From an uncultured bacterium (GTDB lineage Bacteria; Krumholzibacteriota; Krumholzibacteriia; Krumholzibacteriales; Krumholzibacteriaceae), in NCBI GenBank assembly GCA_963786935.1, contig CAWBAN010000001.1, positions 1,024,001 to 1,088,000 of the forward strand: a stretch of 64,000 bases of DNA. The letters run 5' to 3'. Below the pieces are notes generated by a model. That model had not been told where the DNA came from, ran no database searches, and saw only the letters and a list, made by a program, of their open reading frames with translations. A program made the position numbers and the translations under genes. Numbering within the stretch: position 1 is the stretch's first letter; every line of letters begins with the position of its first letter. Positions 1 to 10,721 of this stretch are shown here, one piece after another.

Positions 1-1484
1 TCGGCCGTTTTCGGATCCTCCTTGAGGTGATCCCGGTAGTGCGTCTTCTCGATAATGACCGACAGCACGTCGTGCGCGGTCCCCTCCCGGGCTTTGATCT
101 GCAGCGACGAGACGAGATTCGAAAACTCCTCGAGCCGCGCGCGAAGCGCGCTCGGAAGCTCCGCGAGATGCGCCCCCTCGCGCAGCGCCGTCAGCAGGCT
201 CCCGCCCTCCGCCGCTTCCTCGAGCTTCGCGAGCGTCACGTCCCCGATCTTCCGCCGCGGCACGTTCACGACGCGCTTGAAGTTCACGTTGTCGCTCGGG
301 TTGTTGACGAGCTTGAGATAGCCGAGGAGATCGCGGATCTCACGGCGCTCGTAGAAGCGCACGCCGCCGATGATCTGGTACGGCATCCCGCCCGTCCGCA
401 GCGCGTTTTCAATCGCGCGCGACTGCGCGTGCGTGCGGTAGAGCACGGCGATCTCGCTTCGCCGGTATCCCGCCCGCAGCAGATCGATTATCGTTTCCCG
501 CACCGCCGCCCCCTCTTCCTCCTCGTCCTCCACGAAGAAGAGCTTCCCCTTCTCCCCCGCGCCCTTCGAGGACCAGAGGCGCTTCCCCTTGCGCCCCTTG
601 TTGTGCTCGATGAGATGGTTCGCCGCGTCGAGGATCGCGTTCGTCGAGCGGTAGTTCTCCTCGAGCTTGATGACGGTCGTCCCCTCGTACACCCGGTCGA
701 ACTGGAGAATGTTCTCGACCGTCGCGCCGCGCCAGCCGTAGATCGCCTGATCGTCGTCCCCGACGACGAAGAGGTTACGGTGCTGGGAGGCGAGCGAGTC
801 GATCATGAGCATCTGAATCGTGTTCGTATCCTGGAACTCGTCGACGAGGACGTACTGGAACTGCCGCGCGTAGCGCTCCTTGACCTTCGGGTGCGCCGTG
901 AAGAGCTCGACGACGCGAGCGATGAGGTCGTCGAAGTCGAGGGCGTTCGAGGCCCGCAGCCCCGCGATGTATCCCTTGTATACCTGCGCGTGCCGCTCCT
1001 CGTTCGGATCCCCGGCGCGCTCGAGCGCCTCCTCGGACGTGACGAGCCCGCTTTTCCAGCGGGAGATCCGGTCGCGCACGACGGCGACCGGATTCTCGTC
1101 GATCCCCCATCCCTTTCCCTTGATGACGTCCTTGATGAGCCGGACCGCGTCGTCCTCGTCGTAGATGGCGAAGTTCGGTTTGAAGCCGAGATGACTCGCC
1201 TCCCGGCGAAGGATCTTGAGGCCCGTCGCGTGGAAGGTCCCGATCCAGAAGGGGAGCTCGCTCCGGCCGAGGACGCGCTCGACGCGCGCGCGCATCTCGC
1301 CCGCGGCCTTGTTCGTGAAGGTGAAGGCGAGGATCCGCTCGGGCGAGATCCCCCTTTCGCGGATGAGGTGGGCGATCCGCTCGGTGAGCACGCGGGTCTT
1401 CCCGCTCCCGGCGCCCGCCAGCACGAGCACGAATCCTTCCGTGGCGAGGACCGCCTGCCGCTGCTGCGGATTGAGCGTATCCAT
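1..1484 (-). CDS. pcrA: ATP-dependent DNA helicase PcrA/UvrD (partial, runs off the left edge)
   Basis: Manual minus-strand translation from ATG 1484 gives MDTLNPQQRQAV..LAGAGSGKTRVLT..FTFTNKAAGEM, later VDEFQDTN, VVGDDDQAIY and LEENYRS. Absent from the ORF track because its stop lies outside the window. Confidence 0.95.
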   Translation of the reverse strand, partial: MDTLNPQQRQAVLATEGFVLVLAGAGSGKTRVLTERIAHLIRERGISPERILAFTFTNKAAGEMRARVERVLGRSELPFWIGTFHATGLKILRREASHLGFKPNFAIYDEDDAVRLIKDVIKGKGWGIDENPVAVVRDRISRWKSGLVTSEEALERAGDPNEERHAQVYKGYIAGLRASNALDFDDLIARVVELFTAHPKVKERYARQFQYVLVDEFQDTNTIQMLMIDSLASQHRNLFVVGDDDQAIYGWRGATVENILQFDRVYEGTTVIKLEENYRSTNAILDAANHLIEHNKGRKGKRLWSSKGAGEKGKLFFVEDEEEEGAAVRETIIDLLRAGYRRSEIAVLYRTHAQSRAIENALRTGGMPYQIIGGVRFYERREIRDLLGYLKLVNNPSDNVNFKRVVNVPRRKIGDVTLAKLEEAAEGGSLLTALREGAHLAELPSALRARLEEFSNLVSSLQIKAREGTAHDVLSVIIEKTHYRDHLKEDPKTA

Positions 1485-4400
1485 CAGAATTGAGGTCCGA
1501 TGTAGAAGTAGTACTCGGCGTTGCCGGTGTGCGAGAAATCGGTCGGCCAGCCGAACTGGAAATTCAGGATGAAATAGCCGAACCCCATGTAGAACCCGAC
1601 GCCGAAATCGCTGTAGAACGCGAGATCGTTAATGTACCGGGGTTCCAGCCAGCGGGGGAGCGGCTCGACGTACATATGCTGTCCCCAGACCGACCCGGAA
1701 TCGAAGAACAGCGTGCCCCCGATGTTCTGGATCCCCCAGCGCCCGGGCCAGCCGAATATCAAGGCGTCGACGAGCGGGTAGCGGTATTCGACGTTGAAGA
1801 GCAGCATCCGGGAGCCGCTGAACTGGAGATAGTCGTACCCCCGCATCGTGAGCGGACCGCCGAGGAAAAAGACCTGGGGATCGTTTCCGAGACTCATCGC
1901 CGCGATGCCGCGAATGGCCAGGTAATTCCGGTAGAACACGGGGAAATACCTCCGATAGTCGGCGAAGAACGTCGTCCGGGAGACGGATTGCCCCGTGACG
2001 GGAACCGCCTGCGAGGTGCTGAAGAGCCAGCGCGAGCCGATCACGGGACCGAACGAGCCGAAGTACGCCGAATCGTGCACGAACGACAGCGTCGGCTGCA
2101 GGAAATACCGCTTCGATTTCTGCGGGACGTAATATTGATACCCCGTGCCCTCCTCGACGTAGGTGGCGTAGAATTCACGCTCCGAGATGAATGCCTGAAG
2201 CTCGAGATCGGCCCGCGTGAAGGTCGAGAAGGGATAGCTCGTCATCGCGAACACGCCGTAGTTCCGCTCGGTGAAGAGCTGATAATCGAGGAACGTCTCG
2301 CCGATCGAGGTGACGCGGGAGTTCATGTAGTTCTTGAACTGGAACGCGCCGATACCGTAATCGAGCCGGTCCTTGAGCCGGCTGTACATGACGAGCACGT
2401 CGCTGTCCTCGATCGTACGGATAAAATTGAACGCGACGAGCAGATGATGGTCGCCGAGCAGATCGCTGAACGCCATCTGATTGTACAGCTGGAATCCGAA
2501 TCCCGTCGAGTATCCGATTCCCATCGTGTTGCCGACGTAGTCGGCGCTGAGACCGGCGTGGTATCGCTGGATCGCGCCGACCTGCTTCGTGATGCGCGCC
2601 CGTATCGCCGTGAGCGTATCGGGATCGATGTTCTCTTTCGTATCTTCGTCCACGGCGACCGCCGGGATCTCCTCCGCGGGGAAGCCCGCGACGCCCATCC
2701 CGATCGGCGGAGGCTCGCCGAGCGCCGTTTTCGTAGCCTCCACGGCGACGCCGCCATGGAGGCCGCCCGACGATTCGTGCGCGGCCACGCCCGCCGGCGG
2801 GCGCAGCGTATCGGCCGCGGCGCGCTCCACGTATGCCGTGTCCGGGGGCGCGGCCGCCGTATCGGGCGGCGCCTCGCTCGCGGCGAGCTCTTCCACGAAC
2901 GGCCCGCCGGTCGAATACGAGGTCCTGGACCGCTCGGCGAAGCCGTCCATCGCGAAGAGATCGAACCCGCCCGCGTTGAATCCGCTGTATATGAGGCGGT
3001 CCCCCGCGCTCGAGTGCGCGAACGAGTTGACACCGCCGAGCAGATCGGTGAACCGGAAGTAGCTGCCGACCTCGACGCTTCCCCGGTACAGGTTGGCGAT
3101 GCCCTCCTCGTCCGACGTGAACACGATCTCTTCCCCGCCCGCGATTACGGCCGGATTGTTGTCGTTTCCGGACGTCCGGATGACGAGACGCCGCTCGCCG
3201 GTTGCGATGTCGAGGCTCCAGATATCGCTGTCGACCGGGCGCACGTTTTCCGGATCGGTGAAGTCGAAGCCCGACAGCCGGACGACGCCGGCGCTGTCGG
3301 GAGCGAAGACGGGCTGGAGCGCGGTCGCGGCGGTGCGGGAGTAGACGATCCGCGAGCCGTCGGGGAACCACGAGGGCGTGTCCTCGTCGTCGGCGTCCTC
3401 CGTGAGCCGCGTGAGCTTCGCCGCGGCGAGATCGTAGAGATAGAGATCGGTCTGCCCCTTGACGACGCCGACGAGGGCGATCACGTCCGCCGTCGGAGAC
3501 CACACCGGGCTGATAAAGAAATCGAGAGGCATCTCGATTTCTTTGAGCACTTTGCCCTTCGGTACGCTCACGACGAAGAGCCGGTCGAAGCCGTGGGACT
3601 TCGCCACGAAGGCGATCCGCGAGCCGTCGCGGCTGAAGGTCAGATTCGAGTTCATGCTCCGGATCGACTCGAACCTCGTCGACATCATCCCCGACACGAG
3701 ACGCTTCTCGACGCGGCCGGTCACGGCGTCCATGAGATAGATCCCGTCGAGCCCCTTGAGGTCGGAGAAGTAGACGAGGCGCTGCCCGTCCGGCGAAAAC
3801 GCCGGCCGCATATTCATGCCGTGGTGCTTCTTCACGTGGTCGGTCAGGCGCCTCCCGTATGCCTCGGGCTCCTTTTTGTCCACGTAGAGCGGCCAGTAGC
3901 GCCTCCGCATCGATTTTTTCCAGTCGCGGCTCAGCTCCTCCGACGTGATGCCGAGCGAGTTCTCGAGCGCCAGGCCGATCGATCCGCGCTGATTGCGGAC
4001 GGCGTCCATGATCTCGAGCACCTTGCCGGGGCCGTACGTTTCGTTCAGGTAATAAATGGCGGACTGGCCCGATTTGTACGCCATGTAGCCGTAGGTGTAA
4101 TCGAGGTCGGTCAGATAGTCGAAAACCGCCGCGTCGCGCACGAACATCTCGCCCCCGGCGTCGTATCCCGACGAATAGTACTCGGCCAGCCCTTCCATGA
4201 ACCACAGCGGGATCGGGAAGAGCATGCTGCGCGAGAAGACCGATCTGAGGAGCGTGCCGTAGATGATGTCGTAGCTGAAGATGTGCACGAGCTCGTGCAC
4301 GGCGGTGTGCGCGTAGTCCGCGTTCGCGCCTCCGAAATGGAGCACCATGCGCTTCCGCATCGGCTCGGCGAACGCCTGCACCCCCTCGGGAATGAGGTCG

Positions 4401-4729
4401 CCGATGACGTTCGTCTGCTGGAAATCGGAGTGGCTCCCGTAGATGATGACGGGGATCCGCCACGCGACCCGATGCGACATGTCGTTCGACAGCTTGATGT
4501 ACCCGGCTTCGAGAATGACCCCCGTGCGGGCCGCGAGATCGCGATAGCCGCCCGGGAAATTGATGTCGAAATGGGGCGTCCTGAGGAGGAACCACTCGAA
4601 TTTCTTGAGCTGGACCTTGTTCCTGCCGAAGGAATCCTGCGCGACGGCGCTCGCCGCGCATGCGGCGACGCACGCGAAGACGATCGCTCCGACCGCCGCC
4701 CTCGTGATTCCGTTCCGCTTCACGTTCAC
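1484..4729 (-). CDS. Exported protein: metallopeptidase-like N-domain, PD40/TolB-like beta-propeller and C-terminal Omp85 (BamA/TamA) barrel
   Basis: Signal peptide; HELVH plus WFMEGLAEY; PAFSPDG/PSWFPDG repeats; LGGPLTMRGY Omp85 loop-6 motif; C-terminal Phe. Confidence 0.85.
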   Translation of the reverse strand: MNVKRNGITRAAVGAIVFACVAACAASAVAQDSFGRNKVQLKKFEWFLLRTPHFDINFPGGYRDLAARTGVILEAGYIKLSNDMSHRVAWRIPVIIYGSHSDFQQTNVIGDLIPEGVQAFAEPMRKRMVLHFGGANADYAHTAVHELVHIFSYDIIYGTLLRSVFSRSMLFPIPLWFMEGLAEYYSSGYDAGGEMFVRDAAVFDYLTDLDYTYGYMAYKSGQSAIYYLNETYGPGKVLEIMDAVRNQRGSIGLALENSLGITSEELSRDWKKSMRRRYWPLYVDKKEPEAYGRRLTDHVKKHHGMNMRPAFSPDGQRLVYFSDLKGLDGIYLMDAVTGRVEKRLVSGMMSTRFESIRSMNSNLTFSRDGSRIAFVAKSHGFDRLFVVSVPKGKVLKEIEMPLDFFISPVWSPTADVIALVGVVKGQTDLYLYDLAAAKLTRLTEDADDEDTPSWFPDGSRIVYSRTAATALQPVFAPDSAGVVRLSGFDFTDPENVRPVDSDIWSLDIATGERRLVIRTSGNDNNPAVIAGGEEIVFTSDEEGIANLYRGSVEVGSYFRFTDLLGGVNSFAHSSAGDRLIYSGFNAGGFDLFAMDGFAERSRTSYSTGGPFVEELAASEAPPDTAAAPPDTAYVERAAADTLRPPAGVAAHESSGGLHGGVAVEATKTALGEPPPIGMGVAGFPAEEIPAVAVDEDTKENIDPDTLTAIRARITKQVGAIQRYHAGLSADYVGNTMGIGYSTGFGFQLYNQMAFSDLLGDHHLLVAFNFIRTIEDSDVLVMYSRLKDRLDYGIGAFQFKNYMNSRVTSIGETFLDYQLFTERNYGVFAMTSYPFSTFTRADLELQAFISEREFYATYVEEGTGYQYYVPQKSKRYFLQPTLSFVHDSAYFGSFGPVIGSRWLFSTSQAVPVTGQSVSRTTFFADYRRYFPVFYRNYLAIRGIAAMSLGNDPQVFFLGGPLTMRGYDYLQFSGSRMLLFNVEYRYPLVDALIFGWPGRWGIQNIGGTLFFDSGSVWGQHMYVEPLPRWLEPRYINDLAFYSDFGVGFYMGFGYFILNFQFGWPTDFSHTGNAEYYFYIGPQF

Positions 4730-4819
4730 GCCTTTCCCCTCACGTTCACGCCGTCGTTAACATTCGCCCGACACTATAAAATTCGCGCATACCTGATGCG
4801 ACCGCAAGCCCTTTTCTCC

Positions 4820-7800
4820 TCAATACTCCCACCGGAGCTTGAGATCGACGTTGATCTCCTCCGTGGTTCTCGGAATGTTGCCCTGGATGGCTTTCTCCGA
4901 ATATCGCAGCACTTCCGAGCGGATGAGGAACAGGTTGCTGATACGGTACTCGACCTCGATCTGCATGGCCGACGTGATCGAGAGCCCCTGCTTGTATTTC
5001 ACGTAGAGCCCCTGCGAAAGGTATTTCCCGATCGCGATCTTCGTGTCGCGGTAGTCCACGGTTCCGGCGGCGTCCCCCGTTCCGCGGCCCGCCTCGACCT
5101 CAATCGTGATCCCTTCCATCTGGGAGTTGAGCACGCGCTCGAGGTAGTTGGCGGCGAGGTTCTGCGCGGTGCCCTGCGCGTCCCAGCTCGTCTGATCCCC
5201 CCCCGCGACGACGACGCCGCCGCCGAGCATCTTCCAGATGTCCGTTTCGCTGTAGCCGGGATCCTGGTGACGGAGCGAGAGGCGCGGCTCGAGATCGTCC
5301 TGATGCCACTGGAGCGTGAGATAGATGCTCCGTCCTTCCGGATCCTTCGTTTCCGCTTCGATATCGACGACGGGGCGAAAGCTCCCCGCGTACACGAACT
5401 GCAGCTTCCCGGAGGTGATGCGGAATTTGTTGCCGTAGACGTTATACCAGCCGCGCACGAGGTTGAGCTCCCCGCGGAGGTACGTCCCCTTCCCGTCGTG
5501 GCGGAGCGTCACGTCACCCTGGAGCTCGACGCGTGCGTCCGGCGTGCGAATCCACGTGTTGCCGGGAATCTCGAGATCGACCGCGGCGATATACGAGGGG
5601 AGCTCGATGGTGCCGGCTTCGGGGGAGCCGGAAAAGCTGCCGAGGTCGTACGACACCTCCGATTCGTCGATCCTGCATGAACCGGTGATCTCGGGAAGCA
5701 CCCGCCCGTCCTCGATTCCGGTGCCGATGCGCACGTTGCCGCTCACGGACGCGATGATATCCGAGAGGCTCGCGATCACGAACTTGTTCAAATCGCACGA
5801 GACGCGGTATTCGGCCGGTCTCCATCCCCTGAGCGAGATCGTGCCGGAGCAGCCGACCGTCCCCTTCTTTCCCTCGCGGCCCGCGAATCGCGCGATGGTG
5901 ATGAGCGTATCCGCTATCGTGACGGCCGCGTTGACCTGCTCGTACCGCTCCTCCATTCCGGAGAGCCGGAAGCTCGCGTCTCGAAGCGCGCACTCCCCGT
6001 TGAGATGGGGCGAGGCGATCGAGCCCGAAACGACGAGCCGCCCCGAGAAGCGTCCCGCCGCGTCCGCGACCAGATCCGTCACGCCTGGCATGACCGCGAG
6101 GTCCCCCTCGGGAATATCGAGGGCGAACTCGACGGGACGCGCGCGATCGAGCGAATAGAGAAAGCGGGCCTGCTCGAGCGGCACGCTCCCGTGGAACGAT
6201 CCCTGATGCGCCGGCGAGATGTTGAGATACCCGCCGACGGACAGCCGATCGCGATCGACCCGAACGTCGCAATCGACGGACGGGATCGTGAACGATGAAA
6301 CGGACAGCCGATCGATCCTGCCGGTCAGGGAAACGAGCGGATGCGCGAGGGAATCGGTGATCGATACCGCGCCGCTGAGGCGCCCGCCGGAGAGGCCCTT
6401 GACGCCGGCGAGAGACAGGAGCGGTACGAGGTCGAGATTCCTGCACGAGGACTCGATGGCGACGCTCGCCTGCTTGAGCGCGCCGCCGGCGTCCTTGATC
6501 CACTCGCGCACGGGCATCCCCGAAATCCGACCCCCGAGGGTCAGGGAGCCCGACGGGGAGCCGATGACGAGCGAATCGATCACGGAGACGCCGCGCGCGT
6601 AATCTGCCCGCAGACGGAGCGTGTCGACGGCGAAGGTGTCGATGCGGCCCCCCTCCACCGTGAGATCGATCTCGAGATCCGGATCGGTGTACGAACCGGA
6701 GCACCGGATCTCGCCGCGCGCCCTGCCGCCGAGCGGTGTCGTCCGGAATCCGCCGCGATTGAGCAGATCGAGCCCGAGGCGCTCGAAGGCGAAGCGTCCC
6801 CGGGCCGTCTTCGACGCGCGTCCGATCGCGCCGTCGACATACGCGGCCCCCGCGCGGGAATGGAGCTGGATGTCGTCGAAACGGAGCGCGGTGTCCGCGA
6901 TGACGACGGTGAAGGCCCCTCCCCCGATCCACGTTTCGCCGAGGGCGTCGATGGTGCATTCCTTGAATTGCACCGTCGCCTCGGTGCCCTTCGTCGCGAT
7001 ATCGGCGGCGACGGCGGCCCGGAAATCGTCACGCGACAGACTGAGCCGCTTGATCGTCCCCGCCGTGCCGTGGAAATCGAGCGAGAGGGAAAGCCCCGTG
7101 AATTCCGCCGGCCCGATCCGGCACCCGGGACCCTCGATGTCGAACTGAACGGTGTAATCGGCGTTTTTCCCGACGGCGATCTTCACGGCGCCCACCGGGA
7201 CGAACGCGCCGTGATAGGCCAGATTGCCGCAGGAGCCGCTCATCCGGAGATCCCATTCGTCGAGCGTTCCTTCCCACCGGCCGTTCAAGACGGCGTCCGC
7301 GCGATATTCCTCGATGCCGAAGTACGGGAAGATCGTGTCGTTCGCCGTGCATTCGATGTCGAACATGAACGATACTTCGTCGTCGCCGATGACGGTGCCG
7401 CGCGCCGACAGCGTGCGGGTGGAATCGGAGATGAGGATCTCGTCGAGGCGCAGCGTATCGTCCGCGTAGGAGCCCCGCACGCTCCCCCCGGCGAACGGAA
7501 ATCCGAGGAAATCCCCCTCGTCGAGATCGACCGCGAAGGAGAGCGCCTCGTCCGGTATCCGGTACTTGAGGTCCACCGCGCCGGTGACCGCCGTCTCGGG
7601 AAGCTTCGTTCCCGGCACGAACCCCCTGCTGAGATCGAGCCCGCGCACGTCGAGATCGAGATCGAGCGTCGCGGGCTCCGCGAGCGAGTACGATCCGCTC
7701 CCGTCGACACGGGCGCCGTTGACGGCGCCGCGCAGGCTGTCGAGGCGGATGGTATCCCCGTCGCGGAACACGCTGATCGCGAATTCGCTCAGGGCGTAGC

Positions 7801-8725
7801 CCGAGAGCACGCCGTTCACGACCCCGTCGAGCCGAAACCGGCCGACGGTTCCCCTCGCGGCGAGCGAACCTTTGAAATCGCCGTAATGGGACGTCTCGAT
7901 CTGGAGAATGCGCGTTATCTCCGTGACGTTGATCGGATCGGCCTCGATGGCGAGATCGAACTGACGGAACGACGGAACGATCGTTCCGCTCACCTCGAAC
8001 GCCGATTCGTCGAGAACGACGTCGAGGCTGTCCAGAGCGATCCGCGGAACGTCCGACGCCGCGGCGCCCGGCGTCCGCGGCTCCTGAATGAACGCGACGA
8101 TCCCCTTGAGGCTCCGCAGGGAAAAGGCACGGCCCGAACCCTCGGCCGATCCCTGCGCGATGGCGACGCGGAGCTCGGTCGCGCGGCTCCGGATCGAGCC
8201 GGCGAGGTTCAGATCGTCGAGCGCGTCCCCCTTCGACGCCCCCTGCACGATGACGTGGGCGTTCTCGATCGTGAACAGATCGATGTCGAGCGACGGCCAC
8301 TCGCCCTTCCCCGCGCCGAAGGACGGCACGATGAGGGCGCCCTTCGAATCGGTCTTGAGACGGAGCACGGGATTGGTGAGCGAGAATCCCCGGATCTCCC
8401 GCGCGCGCTTCACGAGGGTCCCGACCCCGTATCTGACCGAGATCTCGTCCGCGCGGAAAAGGTCGAACGCCCCCTCGGAACCGGTGTAGCGCACCTTCAC
8501 GCCCCGGAGCGTCAGATCCTGGAGGTAGCTTCCCTCGATGCGCTCGATCGTGAGAACGAAGGGGGTCCCCTCGAGGAAACGGTTCGAGACGATCCTGCCG
8601 ATGCCGCCGGCGAAGAAGCTCGTCCGAACCGCGAAGAAGACGGCGGCGCACGCGACGAGTATGACGGCGAGGCCGATCGTGAGCTTCCGTATCGGATGCG
8701 CGCGCGGCGCGTCGTTCTCGTTCAC
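4820..8725 (-). CDS. tamB: Translocation and assembly module TamB-family protein
   Basis: N-terminal membrane anchor, long beta-rich body, DUF490-like C-terminus (IGKYLSQGLYVKY..VEYRIS); adjacent to an Omp85 gene. Confidence 0.85.
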   Translation of the reverse strand: MNENDAPRAHPIRKLTIGLAVILVACAAVFFAVRTSFFAGGIGRIVSNRFLEGTPFVLTIERIEGSYLQDLTLRGVKVRYTGSEGAFDLFRADEISVRYGVGTLVKRAREIRGFSLTNPVLRLKTDSKGALIVPSFGAGKGEWPSLDIDLFTIENAHVIVQGASKGDALDDLNLAGSIRSRATELRVAIAQGSAEGSGRAFSLRSLKGIVAFIQEPRTPGAAASDVPRIALDSLDVVLDESAFEVSGTIVPSFRQFDLAIEADPINVTEITRILQIETSHYGDFKGSLAARGTVGRFRLDGVVNGVLSGYALSEFAISVFRDGDTIRLDSLRGAVNGARVDGSGSYSLAEPATLDLDLDVRGLDLSRGFVPGTKLPETAVTGAVDLKYRIPDEALSFAVDLDEGDFLGFPFAGGSVRGSYADDTLRLDEILISDSTRTLSARGTVIGDDEVSFMFDIECTANDTIFPYFGIEEYRADAVLNGRWEGTLDEWDLRMSGSCGNLAYHGAFVPVGAVKIAVGKNADYTVQFDIEGPGCRIGPAEFTGLSLSLDFHGTAGTIKRLSLSRDDFRAAVAADIATKGTEATVQFKECTIDALGETWIGGGAFTVVIADTALRFDDIQLHSRAGAAYVDGAIGRASKTARGRFAFERLGLDLLNRGGFRTTPLGGRARGEIRCSGSYTDPDLEIDLTVEGGRIDTFAVDTLRLRADYARGVSVIDSLVIGSPSGSLTLGGRISGMPVREWIKDAGGALKQASVAIESSCRNLDLVPLLSLAGVKGLSGGRLSGAVSITDSLAHPLVSLTGRIDRLSVSSFTIPSVDCDVRVDRDRLSVGGYLNISPAHQGSFHGSVPLEQARFLYSLDRARPVEFALDIPEGDLAVMPGVTDLVADAAGRFSGRLVVSGSIASPHLNGECALRDASFRLSGMEERYEQVNAAVTIADTLITIARFAGREGKKGTVGCSGTISLRGWRPAEYRVSCDLNKFVIASLSDIIASVSGNVRIGTGIEDGRVLPEITGSCRIDESEVSYDLGSFSGSPEAGTIELPSYIAAVDLEIPGNTWIRTPDARVELQGDVTLRHDGKGTYLRGELNLVRGWYNVYGNKFRITSGKLQFVYAGSFRPVVDIEAETKDPEGRSIYLTLQWHQDDLEPRLSLRHQDPGYSETDIWKMLGGGVVVAGGDQTSWDAQGTAQNLAANYLERVLNSQMEGITIEVEAGRGTGDAAGTVDYRDTKIAIGKYLSQGLYVKYKQGLSITSAMQIEVEYRISNLFLIRSEVLRYSEKAIQGNIPRTTEEINVDLKLRWEY

Positions 8726-8746
8726 GATCGATCCCTCCTCCCGGCG

Positions 8747-10669
8747 CTAGAATATCTGTCCGAGGCTGATATGAACCCGATAGTCGAAATCCATGTCGGC
8801 CGTCTTTTTCAACGGAAATCCGATATCCAGCCGGAGCGGCCCGACGGGCGTATAGTACCTGAATCCCAGTCCGGCGCCGTACATGTATTCGTCGCGCGTC
8901 ACGTCGGCCGGATCGGCGGTGAAACGGAAATCCGACGGATGGATCTCGTCCGCGCTGTTCCACACGGTGCCGCCGTCGAGGAAAACCGCGGCGCCGAAAT
9001 TGTACCTTCCGATGAGCGGGAGCGGGAACCTGAGCTCCAGGTTCGTGAGGAGCGATATGCGTCCCCCCGCCGGCTCGCCCCCCGCGGTGAGGGGTCCGAG
9101 GGAGTTTTCCTCGAATCCCCGCACGGAGTTCCCGCCGCCGGCGAAGAACCGGCTCTCGACCGGGAGCCCCGTTTCCCGCGACTCGCCGAAGGCATCGACG
9201 TAGCCCGCGCGCAGCCGGTACGCGAAGACGCTCCCACGGGCGACCCGCGTGTAGCGCTGCGCGGTTCCGATGAGCGAGTAGTAGTTGTCGTCGCCGCCGA
9301 GAAATCCGCCGGTGAAGCGTCCCTCGCCCGTGAAATACGTCCCCCGCTGCGGATTGAAATAGAAATCCCGCGAATCGCGCGAGAACGTGCCGAAGATCGC
9401 CCGTTTTTCCGAACGCGACTTCTCCTCTTCCACCTCGAGACGCCGGATGCGCTCGATCGAATAACCGCCGAGGAGCGACGTCTGCCGCGAGAAGCGGTGC
9501 GCCACGCGCGCGGAAAGCCCGAGGTCCTGCACGATGACCGGCTCGACCGTCGCGTCCCGTTCGTAGAACGCGCTGAGCGCGAGCGTGTTCCACGTCCCGC
9601 GCACGTGGGGAATGGTGAGCTGCCCCTCGTTCCGCAGGTATTTGCTCCGGTAGTCTATGTTGTCGAGGGAATACTCGTTGTTCGGGAACAGCTGGAACGC
9701 GTACGAGGATTTGAAGGAAACGGCGTAGCCCGTCCCGAAGACGTTCCGCTGCCCCCATTCCACGAAGAGCCGGTTTCCGTAGACGTTGCCGACGCCGACG
9801 CCACCCTCGATGTATCCCATCTTGCGCTCGCGCACCTTGACGAGCAGATCGACCTCGCGGTGCGCCGCATCGATCGAATCGGGCTCGATTTCGACCGAGC
9901 TGAAGTATCCGGTGTCGTAGAGGTTCTGCGTGCTTTCGACGACGTTCTTCTCGCGGAAGAGATCCCCCCGCCGGAGAATGAGCTCGCGCCGAACGAGATC
10001 CCCGCGCACCGTCCGCGTCCCCTCGACGCGCGTATCCCGTATGCGAATCGGGTCGCCCGCCGCGATCGTCCACTCGATGTCGATATCGGTCGAATCGACG
10101 CGGGTCTCGTGCGTCACCCGGGCGGCGAGATATCCCTCATCGAAGAACTTGCTCAGGAGCATGAATCGATCTGCTTCGAGGAGATTGGGGTTGTACGGCG
10201 CCCCGGGGACGAGCTTGAGCCCCTTCCTGAGATCGTCGTCGGATATGAGATCCTGGCCCGCGACGCGGAGCGAGCGTACGACCGATTGGGGACCCTCGCT
10301 GACCATGAGGCGGATCTTCACCGAGCGGGACTTCTCGTCCTGCGCGACCGATTCGATCGTCACGCGGGCCTCGAAGAATCCGTTCATGCGGTAGAACGAT
10401 TCGAGCGCGGCGACGTCGCGGCGCAGGAAATCGCGCCGGTACTTCGGCTGCCGGAAGATGCGGTAGAATCGCGACTCTTTCGTGCGCATCCGTTTCATGA
10501 GCGCCGCGTCGTCGAAGGTCGCGTTGCCGAGAATCTCGATCCGCTCGACGGTGGGAAGCTTGACGCCGAAATCGGCCGCCGACGTCCCGGACCGGACGCC
10601 GAGCGACACGAGGAGAAAGACAACTATTCCCGCCGATAGCGCGCCCCGCAACCGCACGCCGAACCGCAT
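8747..10669 (-). CDS. Omp85-family outer membrane assembly factor (TamA-like, about 3 POTRA domains)
   Basis: POTRA-like repeats, FFAGGGNSVRGF, YYTPVGPLRLDIG, C-terminal SLGQIF; directly upstream of tamB. Confidence 0.9.
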   Translation of the reverse strand: MRFGVRLRGALSAGIVVFLLVSLGVRSGTSAADFGVKLPTVERIEILGNATFDDAALMKRMRTKESRFYRIFRQPKYRRDFLRRDVAALESFYRMNGFFEARVTIESVAQDEKSRSVKIRLMVSEGPQSVVRSLRVAGQDLISDDDLRKGLKLVPGAPYNPNLLEADRFMLLSKFFDEGYLAARVTHETRVDSTDIDIEWTIAAGDPIRIRDTRVEGTRTVRGDLVRRELILRRGDLFREKNVVESTQNLYDTGYFSSVEIEPDSIDAAHREVDLLVKVRERKMGYIEGGVGVGNVYGNRLFVEWGQRNVFGTGYAVSFKSSYAFQLFPNNEYSLDNIDYRSKYLRNEGQLTIPHVRGTWNTLALSAFYERDATVEPVIVQDLGLSARVAHRFSRQTSLLGGYSIERIRRLEVEEEKSRSEKRAIFGTFSRDSRDFYFNPQRGTYFTGEGRFTGGFLGGDDNYYSLIGTAQRYTRVARGSVFAYRLRAGYVDAFGESRETGLPVESRFFAGGGNSVRGFEENSLGPLTAGGEPAGGRISLLTNLELRFPLPLIGRYNFGAAVFLDGGTVWNSADEIHPSDFRFTADPADVTRDEYMYGAGLGFRYYTPVGPLRLDIGFPLKKTADMDFDYRVHISLGQIF

Positions 10670-10721
10670 ATCAATTGACAACGTATCCCCCGACCTGTAC
10701 CGTGCTTGCAGGAGGAGAACC

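Noticed and set aside
4721..4752. 12-bp direct repeat CACGTTCACGCC at the start of the PD40/Omp85 gene
   Set aside because: Only two copies with no further context; not an array, and chance or local duplication suffices.
1490..10639. Very long plus-strand ORFs (1396 aa, 1432 aa) and many similar antisense or alternate-frame ORFs across the window
   Set aside because: They are shadows of real opposite-strand genes in high-GC DNA, with Arg/Ala-rich, motif-free translations.
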